Shown here piece after piece: positions 40,450-50,920 of a stretch of 64,000 bases of DNA. Within the stretch, counting starts at the first letter, position 1. Every line of letters starts with the position of its first letter. Position numbers and translations under genes: made by a program. The stretch comes from a bacterium (GTDB taxonomy: Bacteria; Patescibacteriota; Dojkabacteria; JAKAPS01; JAJZLI01): contig JAKAWT010000001.1 in NCBI GenBank assembly GCA_021816845.1, positions 198,087-262,086 on the forward strand, written 5' to 3'. A model generated the notes under the pieces. That model searched no databases. It was not told the origin of the DNA and saw only the letters and a list, made by a program, of their open reading frames with translations.

Positions 40450-40482
40450 ATTTTTATTTTCTCCTTGGATATAGATCCTCTA

Positions 40483-40842
40483 TTATAAAATTATTATAAT
40501 AAGCAAGCCTCCTTGCTTTTTTATATATACATGAGTACCTTTTTTAGAAAGTACACTTTTATTTTCAACTTTACCTTTTAAATTTTTAACAACTGTACGT
40601 TTAGATAGCCTTAAAGATAGGGTATCTCCATTCAACGTTGATACTTTAAGTATATTATTTTTAAAAGATTCAATTTTTCCTAGAACAGCAATATTCTCTT
40701 GATGAGGACCATGACTTTGGTGATAACCATAAAATCTTAGGTGAGAACCAAATACCGCTCCCAAAGAAAAAGATATAAATAGCAATACAGCAAAAACGAT
40801 TCCGGCCGAAAGGGAAATTATAACAAGTTTACTTTTCTCCAT
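40483..40842 (-). CDS. Small membrane protein (single N-terminal TM)
   Basis: 119-aa ORF with TM 'LVIISLSAGIVFAVLLFISFSLGAVFG', downstream of the sigma/anti-sigma pair. Confidence 0.35.
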   Translation of the reverse strand: MEKSKLVIISLSAGIVFAVLLFISFSLGAVFGSHLRFYGYHQSHGPHQENIAVLGKIESFKNNILKVSTLNGDTLSLRLSKRTVVKNLKGKVENKSVLSKKGTHVYIKKQGGLLIIIIL

Positions 40843-41105
40843 ATCTCTTTAATTTTAAATAATACTACCATAAAAATTACAACAGAAAAAGCCAATACTA
40901 ATATTGAGACACTAGTCTGATAATATACTTGAAAGATAGATATTATAGCTACCATAATTGAAAATATCAAGAGAAATCCAAATATGAATGGATAGTACAA
41001 CATATATAGTTTCCTTTTCCTATTGATCTTATCTATAAGATCATTGTTAAAACCTTCACTTACTTTATAAGTCTGTAAATTGTTAAATATATCCATTAAG
41101 TTCAT
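40818..41105 (-). CDS. Candidate anti-sigma factor (small 2-TM protein directly downstream of ECF sigma)
   Basis: 95 aa. Start overlaps the sigma gene end. Cytoplasmic N-terminus followed by two TM helices. Confidence 0.35.
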   Translation of the reverse strand: MNLMDIFNNLQTYKVSEGFNNDLIDKINRKRKLYMLYYPFIFGFLLIFSIMVAIISIFQVYYQTSVSILVLAFSVVIFMVVLFKIKEIWRKVNLL

Positions 41106-41607
41106 TTTTAATTGCCTCCTTCGCTCTTCTGATTCTAGTCTTTACTGTACCAAGAGGAACATTCAGAATTTCAGAAATCTCATTGTATGAGAATCCTTCC
41201 ATATAGTACATTAATAAAACTATTTTATATTTTTTCCCTATTTTATTCAACGCTGTTTGTACTAAATGTTCTCTCTCATATGTGTCCTCCTCTTTGTGAG
41301 GATCTGTTGGGTCATCATCTAAGCTAGAGAGTTTTCTTTCTCTAAATTTATTATATATAGTATTTTTGGATACTCTATAAATCCATGTTTTAAAAGAAGC
41401 CTTGGTTTCGTCATACTTGTCTAGTTTAAAATATACCTTAACAAATATATTTTGAACTAAATCCTCGGTATCTTCTCTTTGAGAGAGATACCTTAAGGTG
41501 AAATTGTATATATTATCCTTATATCTATTAACCAACTCCTCAAAAAACTTTATATCTCCAGTCTTCCTAAAATTGGTGACAAGCTCTTCATCACTGATTG
41601 TAACCAT
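41083..41607 (-). CDS. RNA polymerase sigma-70 factor, ECF (sigma-24) subfamily
   Basis: Region 2 'DLVQNIFVKVYFKLDKYDETKASFKTWIYRVSKNTIYNKFR' and region 4 'GFSYNEISEILNVPLGTVKTRIRRAKEAIK'. Confidence 0.8.
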   Translation of the reverse strand: MVTISDEELVTNFRKTGDIKFFEELVNRYKDNIYNFTLRYLSQREDTEDLVQNIFVKVYFKLDKYDETKASFKTWIYRVSKNTIYNKFRERKLSSLDDDPTDPHKEEDTYEREHLVQTALNKIGKKYKIVLLMYYMEGFSYNEISEILNVPLGTVKTRIRRAKEAIKNELNGYI

Positions 41608-41666
41608 TCACCTATATATGTATACAAAAATTATTTCTTATTTGTTTCATATTGATAAAGTATGTA

Positions 41667-43007
41667 TTATCTTCTATAAACCTTATCTTTTATATTCTTT
41701 ATTATAAATGAGGGTCTTGATATGTTTTTCTTCTCATAATAAAAAGCTCCCATAAAAACAAGAAGTAATGCTACTATGAAAGATAATACAGACACAGAAA
41801 GCAACATTAGGACAGTGGCTATAACACCAAAAAGTGGTAGTATCTCTCCTCCCAATCTTTTAAAAGTTTTCTCTCCTATTATATCACGAAATCTAATATG
41901 TATCATCACTGCAGCAAAATTAATCAGTATAAATATAAACATTACAATTGTTGCAGCTACCTCAACAAGAAAATTTATATTATTTACCAGTAAAAATAAT
42001 GAAGTAACTAGAAATATGAAAATCAAAGAATTTTTTGGTGCATCATATTTATTTAACCTAACAAATTTTGAAGATATCTGATTCTCCAAAGCCATACTTG
42101 ATATTGTTCTAGTTGTTGAGATTATGTTTGAATTAGCTGATGATAGGGTAGCAAATAATGCAGCTAGTGGAATTAGAAATCCGAGAGTTCCCATAGATTT
42201 CTCGGCTGCCAAACCTACAGATGCTACATTAAAATTTGATCCTAAAATAGATATTGTTGCAATAACAACCAAAAGATAAATTACAAGAACAAATATTAAT
42301 GATAAAATAATTGCCATTGGTATATTTTTTTTAGGGTTTTTAGTTTCTACTTCCATGTTAGAAATGACTTGAAATCCCATAAAAGAAATAAATAAAATAC
42401 CTATTACTCTAAATACACCACCTCCTCCATATGGAAAGAAATTAGAAAAGTGAGATAGATTAATATGTGCTATACCAAATAATCCAAATAAAAATAGTAT
42501 AAATATTGTCACCATTACCAGTACACCTTCAAACCACTTGGTATCAGATAAATCTAGGTATGCTAAAATCATAAGTAATATTAACGCTATAAAAGAGAAA
42601 TATATAGGATGAATATTGTGTATAAAAAAAGTAGACATATAATCTCCAAAAACAGAAAGTACAAAAGCTATAAATATAGCACCACTTATGTATATGGCCC
42701 ATCCTGATATAAATCCAAGAAAATTGCCTAAAAGCTTTTTTATAAATAAATATCCTCCTCCGTCTGAAATGTATAAGGCGGATAGCTGGGCATATGATAT
42801 TGCAGATATTAGGATAATAAAGAAAGCAATAATGTATGAAATAATGGCACCTGGACCAGCAATATTAACTGAGATACCTGTAAGAGCAAATATACCTCCA
42901 CCTATAATTGACCCTATTGAGAATATTATAGCGCCAAGTAATCCTTGCCTATTTTCCCTACTTAAAGAAACAGAGTCTAATCTTTTACTCTTTTTAAATA
43001 TAGACAT
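41667..43007 (-). CDS. Amino acid permease (APC superfamily)
   Basis: 446 aa, 12 TM, N-terminal signature 'GLLGAIIFSIGSIIGGGIFALTG'. Confidence 0.85.
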   Translation of the reverse strand: MSIFKKSKRLDSVSLSRENRQGLLGAIIFSIGSIIGGGIFALTGISVNIAGPGAIISYIIAFFIILISAISYAQLSALYISDGGGYLFIKKLLGNFLGFISGWAIYISGAIFIAFVLSVFGDYMSTFFIHNIHPIYFSFIALILLMILAYLDLSDTKWFEGVLVMVTIFILFLFGLFGIAHINLSHFSNFFPYGGGGVFRVIGILFISFMGFQVISNMEVETKNPKKNIPMAIILSLIFVLVIYLLVVIATISILGSNFNVASVGLAAEKSMGTLGFLIPLAALFATLSSANSNIISTTRTISSMALENQISSKFVRLNKYDAPKNSLIFIFLVTSLFLLVNNINFLVEVAATIVMFIFILINFAAVMIHIRFRDIIGEKTFKRLGGEILPLFGVIATVLMLLSVSVLSFIVALLLVFMGAFYYEKKNISRPSFIIKNIKDKVYRR

Positions 43008-43167
43008 AACTTAACTAAAAATATACTTAATTATAACTTTTGCTCTAATATAATACTATAATTGCTACCTTGAAATTCAAAAAATGAATACCAAGGATTA
43101 TAACGAATATTTAAGCAATGAGAAAATTACAATATTAATCATATAACATCTGGTTTATTAAAATTGG

Positions 43168-43401
43168 CTATGACCGTGGAGCCAATTTGAGAATTTCTTT
43201 TATACGACCGACTCTATCTCTTAAATCTACATACTCACGATCAAAAAAGGATACTATTGTATTTATATCCTTTCTAGTTTTGCTACTATCACTCTTCAGA
43301 ATATTGATATCACTTTTCACTTCCTTCATATCAATCTTAAGAGGATCTACTTCCTCATGTAGTAATTTTTTGATTTGTTGTAGATCATAGTTATTAAGCA
43401 T
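43168..43401 (-). CDS. Small coiled-coil hypothetical protein (77 aa)
   Basis: The ORF is intact but has no recognisable similarity. An antisense ORF of similar size exists, so the coding strand is uncertain. Confidence 0.3.
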   Translation of the reverse strand: MLNNYDLQQIKKLLHEEVDPLKIDMKEVKSDINILKSDSSKTRKDINTIVSFFDREYVDLRDRVGRIKEILKLAPRS

Positions 43402-43463
43402 ATATGAATGATATCAGGTTGATATTGAGATCTCAAATATGTATATAATATAAGCAAAAAATG

Positions 43464-43492
43464 TTGACTTTTAGAAAATTCTTTGATAACAT
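43464..43492 (+). promoter_or_regulatory. Candidate sigma-70-type promoter for rpsO-pnp
   Basis: TTGACT at 43464-43469, a 17-nt spacer, and TAACAT at 43487-43492, about 100 nt upstream of the rpsO start. Confidence 0.25.
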
Positions 43493-43596
43493 AAGGTCAA
43501 GCTTCTTTTACTAATTAAACTTTTAAGTATACAAAAGATTTTTCGAATACTCATGATATATATTTGTAAGGTTGTGAGTATTTTATTGGTTTTAAT

Positions 43597-43890
43597 ATGG
43601 CAAGAAAAAAAGAATCAGAGATTAATTTAATCAATGAGACAAGAGATAAAATTATAAAGCATTTTTCCACACACGAAGGTGATAATGGTTCTCCAGAAGT
43701 ACAAACAGCACTTTTTACCAAAAGAATTTTGCAATTATCCGAGCACCTGAAAGAGAATAAGAAAGATAATCACTCAAGAAGGGGATTGCTACAAATAGTA
43801 GGTAAAAGAAGAAGAATATTGCAATTTCTAGAGAATAAGGATCCCGAAAGGTATAAAGTATTGATAGATAGGTTAGGCATTAAGAGATGA
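43597..43890 (+). CDS. rpsO: 30S ribosomal protein S15
   Basis: '[39 protein letters not shown]' is an S15 signature. Confidence 0.9.
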   Translation: MARKKESEINLINETRDKIIKHFSTHEGDNGSPEVQTALFTKRILQLSEHLKENKKDNHSRRGLLQIVGKRRRILQFLENKDPERYKVLIDRLGIKR

Positions 43891-45962
43891 GTATTATAAA
43901 AAAAGAAACGACCCTCCAAGACACAAAAATTTCATTTGAATCAGGAATATTTGCACCAAAAGCACATTCATCAATTTTAGCTACTATGGGAGAAACTGTT
44001 GTTTTAGCAACAGTAGTAACAAGAGAAATGAAAGAAAATCCTGGATTTTTTCCTCTCACCATAGAATACATGGAAAGGTTATATGCTAGCGGAATGATCT
44101 CATCTTCAAGATTCATTAAAAGGGAAGGGAGACCTTCAAGCAATGAAATTTTGAAAGCAAGAATGATTGACAGATCCATAAGACCTATATTCAAAGAAGA
44201 TTTCAGAGATGAAATACAGCTTGTAGTAACTGTATTATCATATGATAAGATTAACGACCCTGTGATAATAGGAATCTCTGCTGCGTCTCTAGCTTTGATG
44301 GTTGCAGGTATACCCTTTGAAGGCCCAGTAGCTGGAATTAGAGTGGGACTTTTAGACAACCAATTTGTTCTAAATCCTGTACCTACAATACTAGATTCTT
44401 CAGATTTAAATCTTTTTATATCTGTAACTTCGGACTCAATCTCTATGATTGAAGCGGGTTCAAATAATATACCTGAAGACAAAATGATTGAAGCAATAGA
44501 GTTTGCAAAAGAACAAACAAAACCTCTCATTGACATACAGAATGATTTTCTTAGTGAACTTAATAATAGAAATAACATAGAATATACTAAACATGGAGTA
44601 GACGAAGCACTACTTAAAGAAATTGATTCCAAATTCCATGATGATATTGAAAAATCAATTTGGGACACAGAAGATAAAGAACTCGAGAATAAAATAGGAG
44701 AAACTTTTGACATAGACCATGATCCTAAGGATGTTGAGGAAGCTGTCCATGAGTTGTTTAGAAGATCATTCAGAGGAGGGATACTAAAAAATAGTGTAAG
44801 ACCAGATAAAAGAGCCCTTGATGAAGTGAGACCTTTATATATCAAAGTTGATATTTTACCAAGAACTCATGGTTCTGCAATATTTCAAAGAGGTGAAACA
44901 CAAATTCTGTCAGTCGCTACTCTAGCCTCCTCAAAACAAAGCCAGACTATAGAAAATATAGAAGGAGAGGAAGTAAAAAGATACATGCATCACTATAATT
45001 TTCCAGGCTGGTCAGTCGGTGAGATAAGTAGGAATCTATACTACCCATCACGTAGAGATATAGGACATGGAGCTTTAGCTGAAAGAGCGTTAGAACGCCA
45101 AATACCTCCAATGAGTGAATTCCCATATGCAATAAGAGTTGTATCGGAAACATTATCATCTAATGGATCATCATCTATGGCATCTGTATGTGGTTCCACC
45201 CTAGCCTTAATGGCTGCAGGTGTGAAAATTAAAAATCCAATTTCAGGATGTGCTATGGGACTTGTAATGGATGAAGAATCATCAAAATATGTTATTTTAA
45301 CAGATATCCAAGGGCCAGAGGATCATTTTGGAGATATGGATTTTAAAGTTGCTGGATCTAAAGATGGTATAACAGCATTACAAATGGATAATAAATTAAA
45401 AGGAATATCAATAGAAATTCTAAAAGAAGCATTAGATCAAGCGAAAAAAGCTCGTTTATTTATACTATCTAAGATGCTTGAGGTATTACCTACTCCTAGA
45501 GAATCATTATCAATATATGCTCCACAAATCAAAGTTATAAAAATAGATTCTACTAAAATAGGTGAAGTGATCGGAGGTGGAGGAAAAACTATTAAAAATA
45601 TTATAGAAAAATCTGGTGCAGATATAGAGATATCTGATGATGGATCTATATCAATATCTGCAGTTGAGGAGAAACAATTTACTCTAGCTCTTAAGATGAT
45701 AGAAGATATAACAAAAGAGGTCGAAGTTGGACACACTTATGAGGGCAAGGTAGCCAAAATTACAACTTATGGTGCCTTTATAAATGTTACACCATCAATA
45801 TCTGGACTAGTACATGTATCAGAAATGTCAGATAAGTTTACGAAAGACCCAACAGAGATAGTATCTGAAGGAGACACCGTATTGGTCAAAATTATAGGAA
45901 AGGATGATCAAGGAAGATTAAAATTTTCAATGAAACAAGCATCTGAAGAAGATAAAGAATAA
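43887..45962 (+). CDS. pnp: Polyribonucleotide nucleotidyltransferase (PNPase)
   Basis: 691 aa with two RNase PH domains ('[15 protein letters not shown]'), a KH domain ('[17 protein letters not shown]') and a C-terminal S1 domain. Start overlaps the rpsO stop. Confidence 0.95.
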   Translation: MSIIKKETTLQDTKISFESGIFAPKAHSSILATMGETVVLATVVTREMKENPGFFPLTIEYMERLYASGMISSSRFIKREGRPSSNEILKARMIDRSIRPIFKEDFRDEIQLVVTVLSYDKINDPVIIGISAASLALMVAGIPFEGPVAGIRVGLLDNQFVLNPVPTILDSSDLNLFISVTSDSISMIEAGSNNIPEDKMIEAIEFAKEQTKPLIDIQNDFLSELNNRNNIEYTKHGVDEALLKEIDSKFHDDIEKSIWDTEDKELENKIGETFDIDHDPKDVEEAVHELFRRSFRGGILKNSVRPDKRALDEVRPLYIKVDILPRTHGSAIFQRGETQILSVATLASSKQSQTIENIEGEEVKRYMHHYNFPGWSVGEISRNLYYPSRRDIGHGALAERALERQIPPMSEFPYAIRVVSETLSSNGSSSMASVCGSTLALMAAGVKIKNPISGCAMGLVMDEESSKYVILTDIQGPEDHFGDMDFKVAGSKDGITALQMDNKLKGISIEILKEALDQAKKARLFILSKMLEVLPTPRESLSIYAPQIKVIKIDSTKIGEVIGGGGKTIKNIIEKSGADIEISDDGSISISAVEEKQFTLALKMIEDITKEVEVGHTYEGKVAKITTYGAFINVTPSISGLVHVSEMSDKFTKDPTEIVSEGDTVLVKIIGKDDQGRLKFSMKQASEEDKE

Positions 45963-45965
45963 TTT

Positions 45966-47081
45966 TTAAATTATTCCTATAATCTTTTTTACAATATCAT
46001 CAATAGGACCGGTATCTTTGAATATATAAACACCACTGTCTAACTTATAATCAGGATATAGTTTCTTAATATTATTAGCCTTTATAACATCACTAAAGTC
46101 TTTAAGATAAATTTTATAATTATCTATACCTGCAAATATACATGTAAACAGAGCTCCTTTTATATATATATCATTAAGAAGCGAAGTTGAAGTTATCTCT
46201 TCTTCATCAATATTAGATATTACAAACATAGATTTCTTAAATTCTACTTCTTTAGCATTTTTCAATATTTCAAACTTTTCTTTCAGATCAGATATAGACC
46301 TTGGTGCAGATAAATCAATAGTTGCTAAGTTTAAATCTCCTCCACGATTTATAATATTAGATACATCCATAAAAGTTTTCTCAGTTATTGATTTACCACG
46401 CAAAAAATCTGTGTTTGAAAGTATCCCCATTAATGTTAATTGATAATCTTTCTTTGACACTATAGAATCAATTGCAATAAGCATATGATAAATTATTTGT
46501 ACAGTTGAATTAACATTATTGGCTGTTAAATTTAATAATCCGTATTGTTTGTTATCAATATGTGAATCTATATTAACTATTTTAATTTTATCTTTGTTAT
46601 CTATATCTTTTTTATATACCTTATATAACTCCCCTAGATAACTTAAATCAGCAGTGTCTATAGCAAATATAGTGTCATACTCAAATTCACCTTTTTCAAT
46701 TTTTACATTTGATGTATCTAAAGTTCCATTATGTAATCTTACATGGAATTTAAAATTATCTTTATCATATTCATACCTGACTGAGTCTATTTTTACATCA
46801 TCCTTTTTTATAGATATTATATATTCAAGTTTTGGATATTCATTCTTTATATCTTCTTCAAGTAGCATTGAATAATTAAGTAATAATCCCAACCGTTCTG
46901 GAAATTTTGGAATATATATGTCTATTTTCTTTTTAAAATTAATACTTAAAAAATGCCACACCAAAAGCACAGATGCTATGCTATCGTAGGTTGGTCTTGT
47001 ATGAGATACAATAAGAATCCTATTTGATGCATCTACTATATCTTTTATTTTTTCTATATCTTTCTCCATTATAACCCCCAA
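45966..47081 (-). CDS. DHH/DHHA1-family phosphoesterase (NrnA-like), with partly degenerate catalytic motifs
   Basis: 'ILIVSHTRPTYDSIASVLL' resembles DHH motif I/II ('HxnPDGDalGS'). The expected 'DHH' reads 'IDSHID'. A C-terminal 'GGG'-type DHHA1 region is present. Confidence 0.45.
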   Translation of the reverse strand: MGVIMEKDIEKIKDIVDASNRILIVSHTRPTYDSIASVLLVWHFLSINFKKKIDIYIPKFPERLGLLLNYSMLLEEDIKNEYPKLEYIISIKKDDVKIDSVRYEYDKDNFKFHVRLHNGTLDTSNVKIEKGEFEYDTIFAIDTADLSYLGELYKVYKKDIDNKDKIKIVNIDSHIDNKQYGLLNLTANNVNSTVQIIYHMLIAIDSIVSKKDYQLTLMGILSNTDFLRGKSITEKTFMDVSNIINRGGDLNLATIDLSAPRSISDLKEKFEILKNAKEVEFKKSMFVISNIDEEEITSTSLLNDIYIKGALFTCIFAGIDNYKIYLKDFSDVIKANNIKKLYPDYKLDSGVYIFKDTGPIDDIVKKIIGII

Positions 47082-47181
47082 TAACTGATAATCTTGATCA
47101 AAGGATTTTGATCCAGAAGTTACCTAATATTAATGGGGCAGTTTCACAAGAACCAAAGGGCTAGACCTTAGGTCCAAAATT

Positions 47182-48798
47182 TTATACTTTCTCTACTTTA
47201 TAATCGATGACTACATCCTTCTCTTGTACACCATCAAATGTAGGATTGAGAATTATACCACATTCTCTTCCTGAAATCACTTCGCTGACATCATCTTTAA
47301 GATGTTTCACTGATCTTATTTTACCTTCATATATTTCTTCATCACCTCTAAAAATTTTACATTTGTTATTTTTTATTATTCTACCTTCAAAAACAAGGCC
47401 TCCTAACACTACAGATTTATCTGATAATACAAATATCTTAGAAATCTCCATCTTCCCCATCTCTACATCTACATATTCAGGAGGTATGAGTGACTCCGCT
47501 GCATCTCTAACATCTTGTATGAGTTCATATATTACAGAATATTCCATAAAAAGTAATCTCGAATCTTGGAGGATTTTCTTAATTCTAGATGATACCCCAA
47601 CTTTAAAAGAGAGAATTATTGAGTGAGTAGATTTAGCTATAGTGCAATCTTCTTCCGTAATATCACCAACTTCAGCTTTTATGATTTTTATATCTATATT
47701 ATTAAGCTTTATCTTCTCTAAAGCAGAGGTAATTGCTTCTAATGAACCTTCAGTATCAACTTTCAAAATTATAGACAATTGTTTTTTTTGATTATTATCA
47801 CCAAAAAAATCTTCAAATCCTTCATTATCGACAATCAACGATTCATTCTTTGAATCTTTATCATTCCCATGTAATTTATTACCGTGTAATACATTACCGT
47901 GTAATTCATCTATTTTAAAATCCATTTTTTTATCTTGAAAAAATATTCTGTCCCCAATAGACAAGTTTTTATTTTGCCCTACAATATATACTGGCATAGA
48001 AGCCCCTGCTTCTTTCATAAAAATACCTTTATCATTTTTTATTGATCTTACTCTACCCAAGGATTCCCCATTTGAGGAATAAATGTAATCAGATATCTTT
48101 AACACTCCATTCTCAATAATTGCAAGGCTCATATTCCCTATATTCCTGTCCTTAAATGATTCTAAAATAGTCAAGGAAGGCCTCAAAGTAGTTTCATCAC
48201 GTACATTAAAAGAAATGTCATACTCAAGTAATATTAAATCTAGTAAATCATCTATCCCTTGTTTAGTTTTTGAAGAGACTGATATATATGTAGTATCTCC
48301 ACCATAACCCTCAAGAAGAATTCCTTCTCTACCTAGTTCTGCTTTAATCTTTTCAATGTTTGAATTGGGAAGATCAGCTTTTGTAAAAACTACTATAGTC
48401 TTTAGTTTTTGGGATTTTATAATATTAATAACCTCTTTTGTTTGAGGTTTTACTCCATCATCCAATGCGATAATAAGCAATACTATATCTGTCATTAAAA
48501 CTCCTCTCTCCCTCATGCTAGTAAAGAGTTCATGTCCCGGAGTATCTATAAAGGTTATATGTCTATCTTTATATAAAATATCAAATGCAGAAATATGTTG
48601 AGTTATACCTCCAGATTCATTCTCCACTACAAAGCTCCCTCTTATTGCATCTAGTAAAGATGTTTTTCCATGGTCAACATGACCCATAATCGTAACAACT
48701 GGAGGTCTACTATTAACCACTTGCTCACTTTCAGATTTTTTTGGGTCTATACCCTTTATATCTTTTTTCATATTTACCATCAAGATGAAGTATATCAC
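47182..48798 (-). CDS. infB: Translation initiation factor IF-2 (short form without long N-terminal domain)
   Basis: G-domain '[21 protein letters not shown]', 'DTPGHELFTSMRERG', 'TKADL', and the C-terminal domains. The true start is probably MKKDIKG, a few codons into the ORF. Confidence 0.9.
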   Translation of the reverse strand: MIYFILMVNMKKDIKGIDPKKSESEQVVNSRPPVVTIMGHVDHGKTSLLDAIRGSFVVENESGGITQHISAFDILYKDRHITFIDTPGHELFTSMRERGVLMTDIVLLIIALDDGVKPQTKEVINIIKSQKLKTIVVFTKADLPNSNIEKIKAELGREGILLEGYGGDTTYISVSSKTKQGIDDLLDLILLEYDISFNVRDETTLRPSLTILESFKDRNIGNMSLAIIENGVLKISDYIYSSNGESLGRVRSIKNDKGIFMKEAGASMPVYIVGQNKNLSIGDRIFFQDKKMDFKIDELHGNVLHGNKLHGNDKDSKNESLIVDNEGFEDFFGDNNQKKQLSIILKVDTEGSLEAITSALEKIKLNNIDIKIIKAEVGDITEEDCTIAKSTHSIILSFKVGVSSRIKKILQDSRLLFMEYSVIYELIQDVRDAAESLIPPEYVDVEMGKMEISKIFVLSDKSVVLGGLVFEGRIIKNNKCKIFRGDEEIYEGKIRSVKHLKDDVSEVISGRECGIILNPTFDGVQEKDVVIDYKVEKV

Positions 48799-48906
48799 TT
48801 AATAGTACCTAAACAAAGCCTTTAAAGGATCCAGATTCGAAAATCTAAATCCAAGAATCTGAACCCAAAGGGTCTGAACTCAAAAGTCTAATGAATGTTT
48901 TTATTA

Positions 48907-50091
48907 TTAAGTTTTTTTGGATTTTAGCTTTTTAGAGCTGGGCTTGGACTTTGAATCCTTAGAAGCCTTTTTTAAAGAAGAAGATTTAGAGGCTACACTC
49001 TTAGGGTTAAGATCTTTAGTTTTACTTTTAGATACAGTTTTAGTTTTTTTTACAACTTTAGATTTTGTTGTAACTTTTGCTGTTTTTTTGACCACTTTCT
49101 TTTTTGTCACTTTTTCATCTTTAACCTCATCATCAGTATCATCTTTAAAAAGTTCATCTGCAACTATATCTATGCTCCAACCTGTAAGTTTTGCTGCAAG
49201 CCTAACATTTTGTCCTTCTTTTCCTATAGCTAGAGATAATTGTTCCTGTGGAACTATAACCTTTGCAGATCTATTGACTTCATCCATAGATATGGTAATA
49301 GGTTTAGCTGGAGACAGAGAATTCTTTATGAATTTTTGTATGTCAGGATCCCATTGTATAACATCAATCTTTTCATTTCCAAGTTCATTTGTCATTGCTA
49401 TAATCCTCATACCCCTTTGCCCAACACATGCACCTATAGGATCAATACCGGTTGTATCGGAAAAAACTGCCACCTTAGTCCTATAGCCAGCCTCTCTGGA
49501 TATCGCTTTTATCTCAACAGTTCCACTTGCTATCTCTGGTACCTCATTCTCAAATAAAGATCTTACCATTAGATCAGAAGACCTTGATACAATGAGCTTC
49601 CTACCCCCTGTTGGAGAATCTTGAATTTCTTTCAAATATACCTTCACCCTATTCCCAGGTTTCAATATTTCTCCAAAAATTTGTTCTTGAGGAGGTAGTA
49701 CAGCAGAGAGTTTACCTACTTCTACTATAACATTCTGTCCATCAAATCTTTGTACAGTTGCCATCTCAATAGTCCCTATCCTATCTTCTATTTGATTCAT
49801 CATAGAGTCTTTTTCTGCCTCAGAGACCTTTTGTAATATAACTTGTTTAGCCGTTTGTGAGGCTATCCTACCAAAGTCTTGGGGGGTGTTATCTTTACCG
49901 TTAACAACTATAGAAAATTTTCCATCCTCATTTATCTGAGCTTTTATTTCATCATCTTCACTATATTCATAATCTCTTTTATATGCTGCTACTATAGCTT
50001 CCTCAACAGCCATAAGAACCTCAGAGGAATCAATTCCTCGCTCTGAAGCTATCTGATGAACAGCAAGTAAAAAATCTGATTGAGTAGCCAT
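48907..50091 (-). CDS. nusA: Transcription termination/antitermination factor NusA with lysine-rich C-terminal tail
   Basis: N-terminus 'FLLAVHQIASERGIDSSEVLMAVEEAIVAAYKR', then S1 and two KH domains, then about 70 aa of K/S/T-rich tail. Confidence 0.9.
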   Translation of the reverse strand: MATQSDFLLAVHQIASERGIDSSEVLMAVEEAIVAAYKRDYEYSEDDEIKAQINEDGKFSIVVNGKDNTPQDFGRIASQTAKQVILQKVSEAEKDSMMNQIEDRIGTIEMATVQRFDGQNVIVEVGKLSAVLPPQEQIFGEILKPGNRVKVYLKEIQDSPTGGRKLIVSRSSDLMVRSLFENEVPEIASGTVEIKAISREAGYRTKVAVFSDTTGIDPIGACVGQRGMRIIAMTNELGNEKIDVIQWDPDIQKFIKNSLSPAKPITISMDEVNRSAKVIVPQEQLSLAIGKEGQNVRLAAKLTGWSIDIVADELFKDDTDDEVKDEKVTKKKVVKKTAKVTTKSKVVKKTKTVSKSKTKDLNPKSVASKSSSLKKASKDSKSKPSSKKLKSKKT

Positions 50092-50209
50092 ATGTAAATT
50101 TAATTAAAATAATTATCAACAATAAAGTACATTGGTAAGTATATCATATTAAAAGCTTAATTAGAACGTATAGAATACTTAAAGGGTCTTAAAAATATAC
50201 CCATAGGAA

Positions 50210-50920
50210 ATGGTTTATTTTAACACGGTTCATAAGGATATGCCCTTAATGTTTTTTTCTGGTATAATTTTAAAATACATGAAAAATCATTTTCTAGATC
50301 AGGCAAAACAGATAATTTTTGGTATGCAGGATGGATTAGTATCAACTATAGTTCTGTCAACAACTGTAGCAGGTATAACACACAACAACTATTATATAAT
50401 AATAGCAGCAGTAGCCGAAGGTCTTGGAGGCGGTATTTCCATGGCAACAGGAGTGTATCTAGGCTCTAAATCTCAAAAGGAAATATTGGAAGCTAAAATT
50501 AAGGGAGATGAAGATATGAGAGATGAAGCCATAAACAAATTAGAGAATGATGGAATAGATAAGAACGACGCAGGAGAAATTATTAAACTACTTTATAAAT
50601 ATCCTGTATCAAAAGCTAAACTTATTCCTAATATAGTACTAGGTCAAGATATAGATTCTACACTAAATCCATATATGGAATCATTCTTCATGGGAGGATC
50701 TTTTATACTAGGTTCAATTGTACCAATAATTGCATATTTCTTTCTAAAAGGTATTGATGCTGTTATACTATCTGTAATATTAACTGCCTTAACTTTATTT
50801 TTTGTTGGTGTAATGAAAGGTAATTTTGCAAATCTTTCAAAGGTAAAAAGTGGGTTAGAAATAATGATAATAGGCATGTTAGCAGGCTTACTTGGATATA
50901 TACTTGGTATAGTATTATGA
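50210..50920 (+). CDS. VIT1/CCC1-family iron/manganese transporter
   Basis: 'FGMQDGLVSTIVLSTTVAGI' matches the VIT family N-terminal motif, with 5 TM helices. The real start is possibly an internal Met (MKNHFLD, about 50279). Confidence 0.7.
   Translation: MVYFNTVHKDMPLMFFSGIILKYMKNHFLDQAKQIIFGMQDGLVSTIVLSTTVAGITHNNYYIIIAAVAEGLGGGISMATGVYLGSKSQKEILEAKIKGDEDMRDEAINKLENDGIDKNDAGEIIKLLYKYPVSKAKLIPNIVLGQDIDSTLNPYMESFFMGGSFILGSIVPIIAYFFLKGIDAVILSVILTALTLFFVGVMKGNFANLSKVKSGLEIMIIGMLAGLLGYILGIVL

Noticed and set aside
43880-44845. 321-aa minus-strand ORF
   Set aside because: Antisense to the 5' half of pnp, whose identity is unambiguous. Spurious.
48917-49486. 189-aa plus-strand ORF (and 49240-49557)
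   Set aside because: Antisense to nusA. Spurious.
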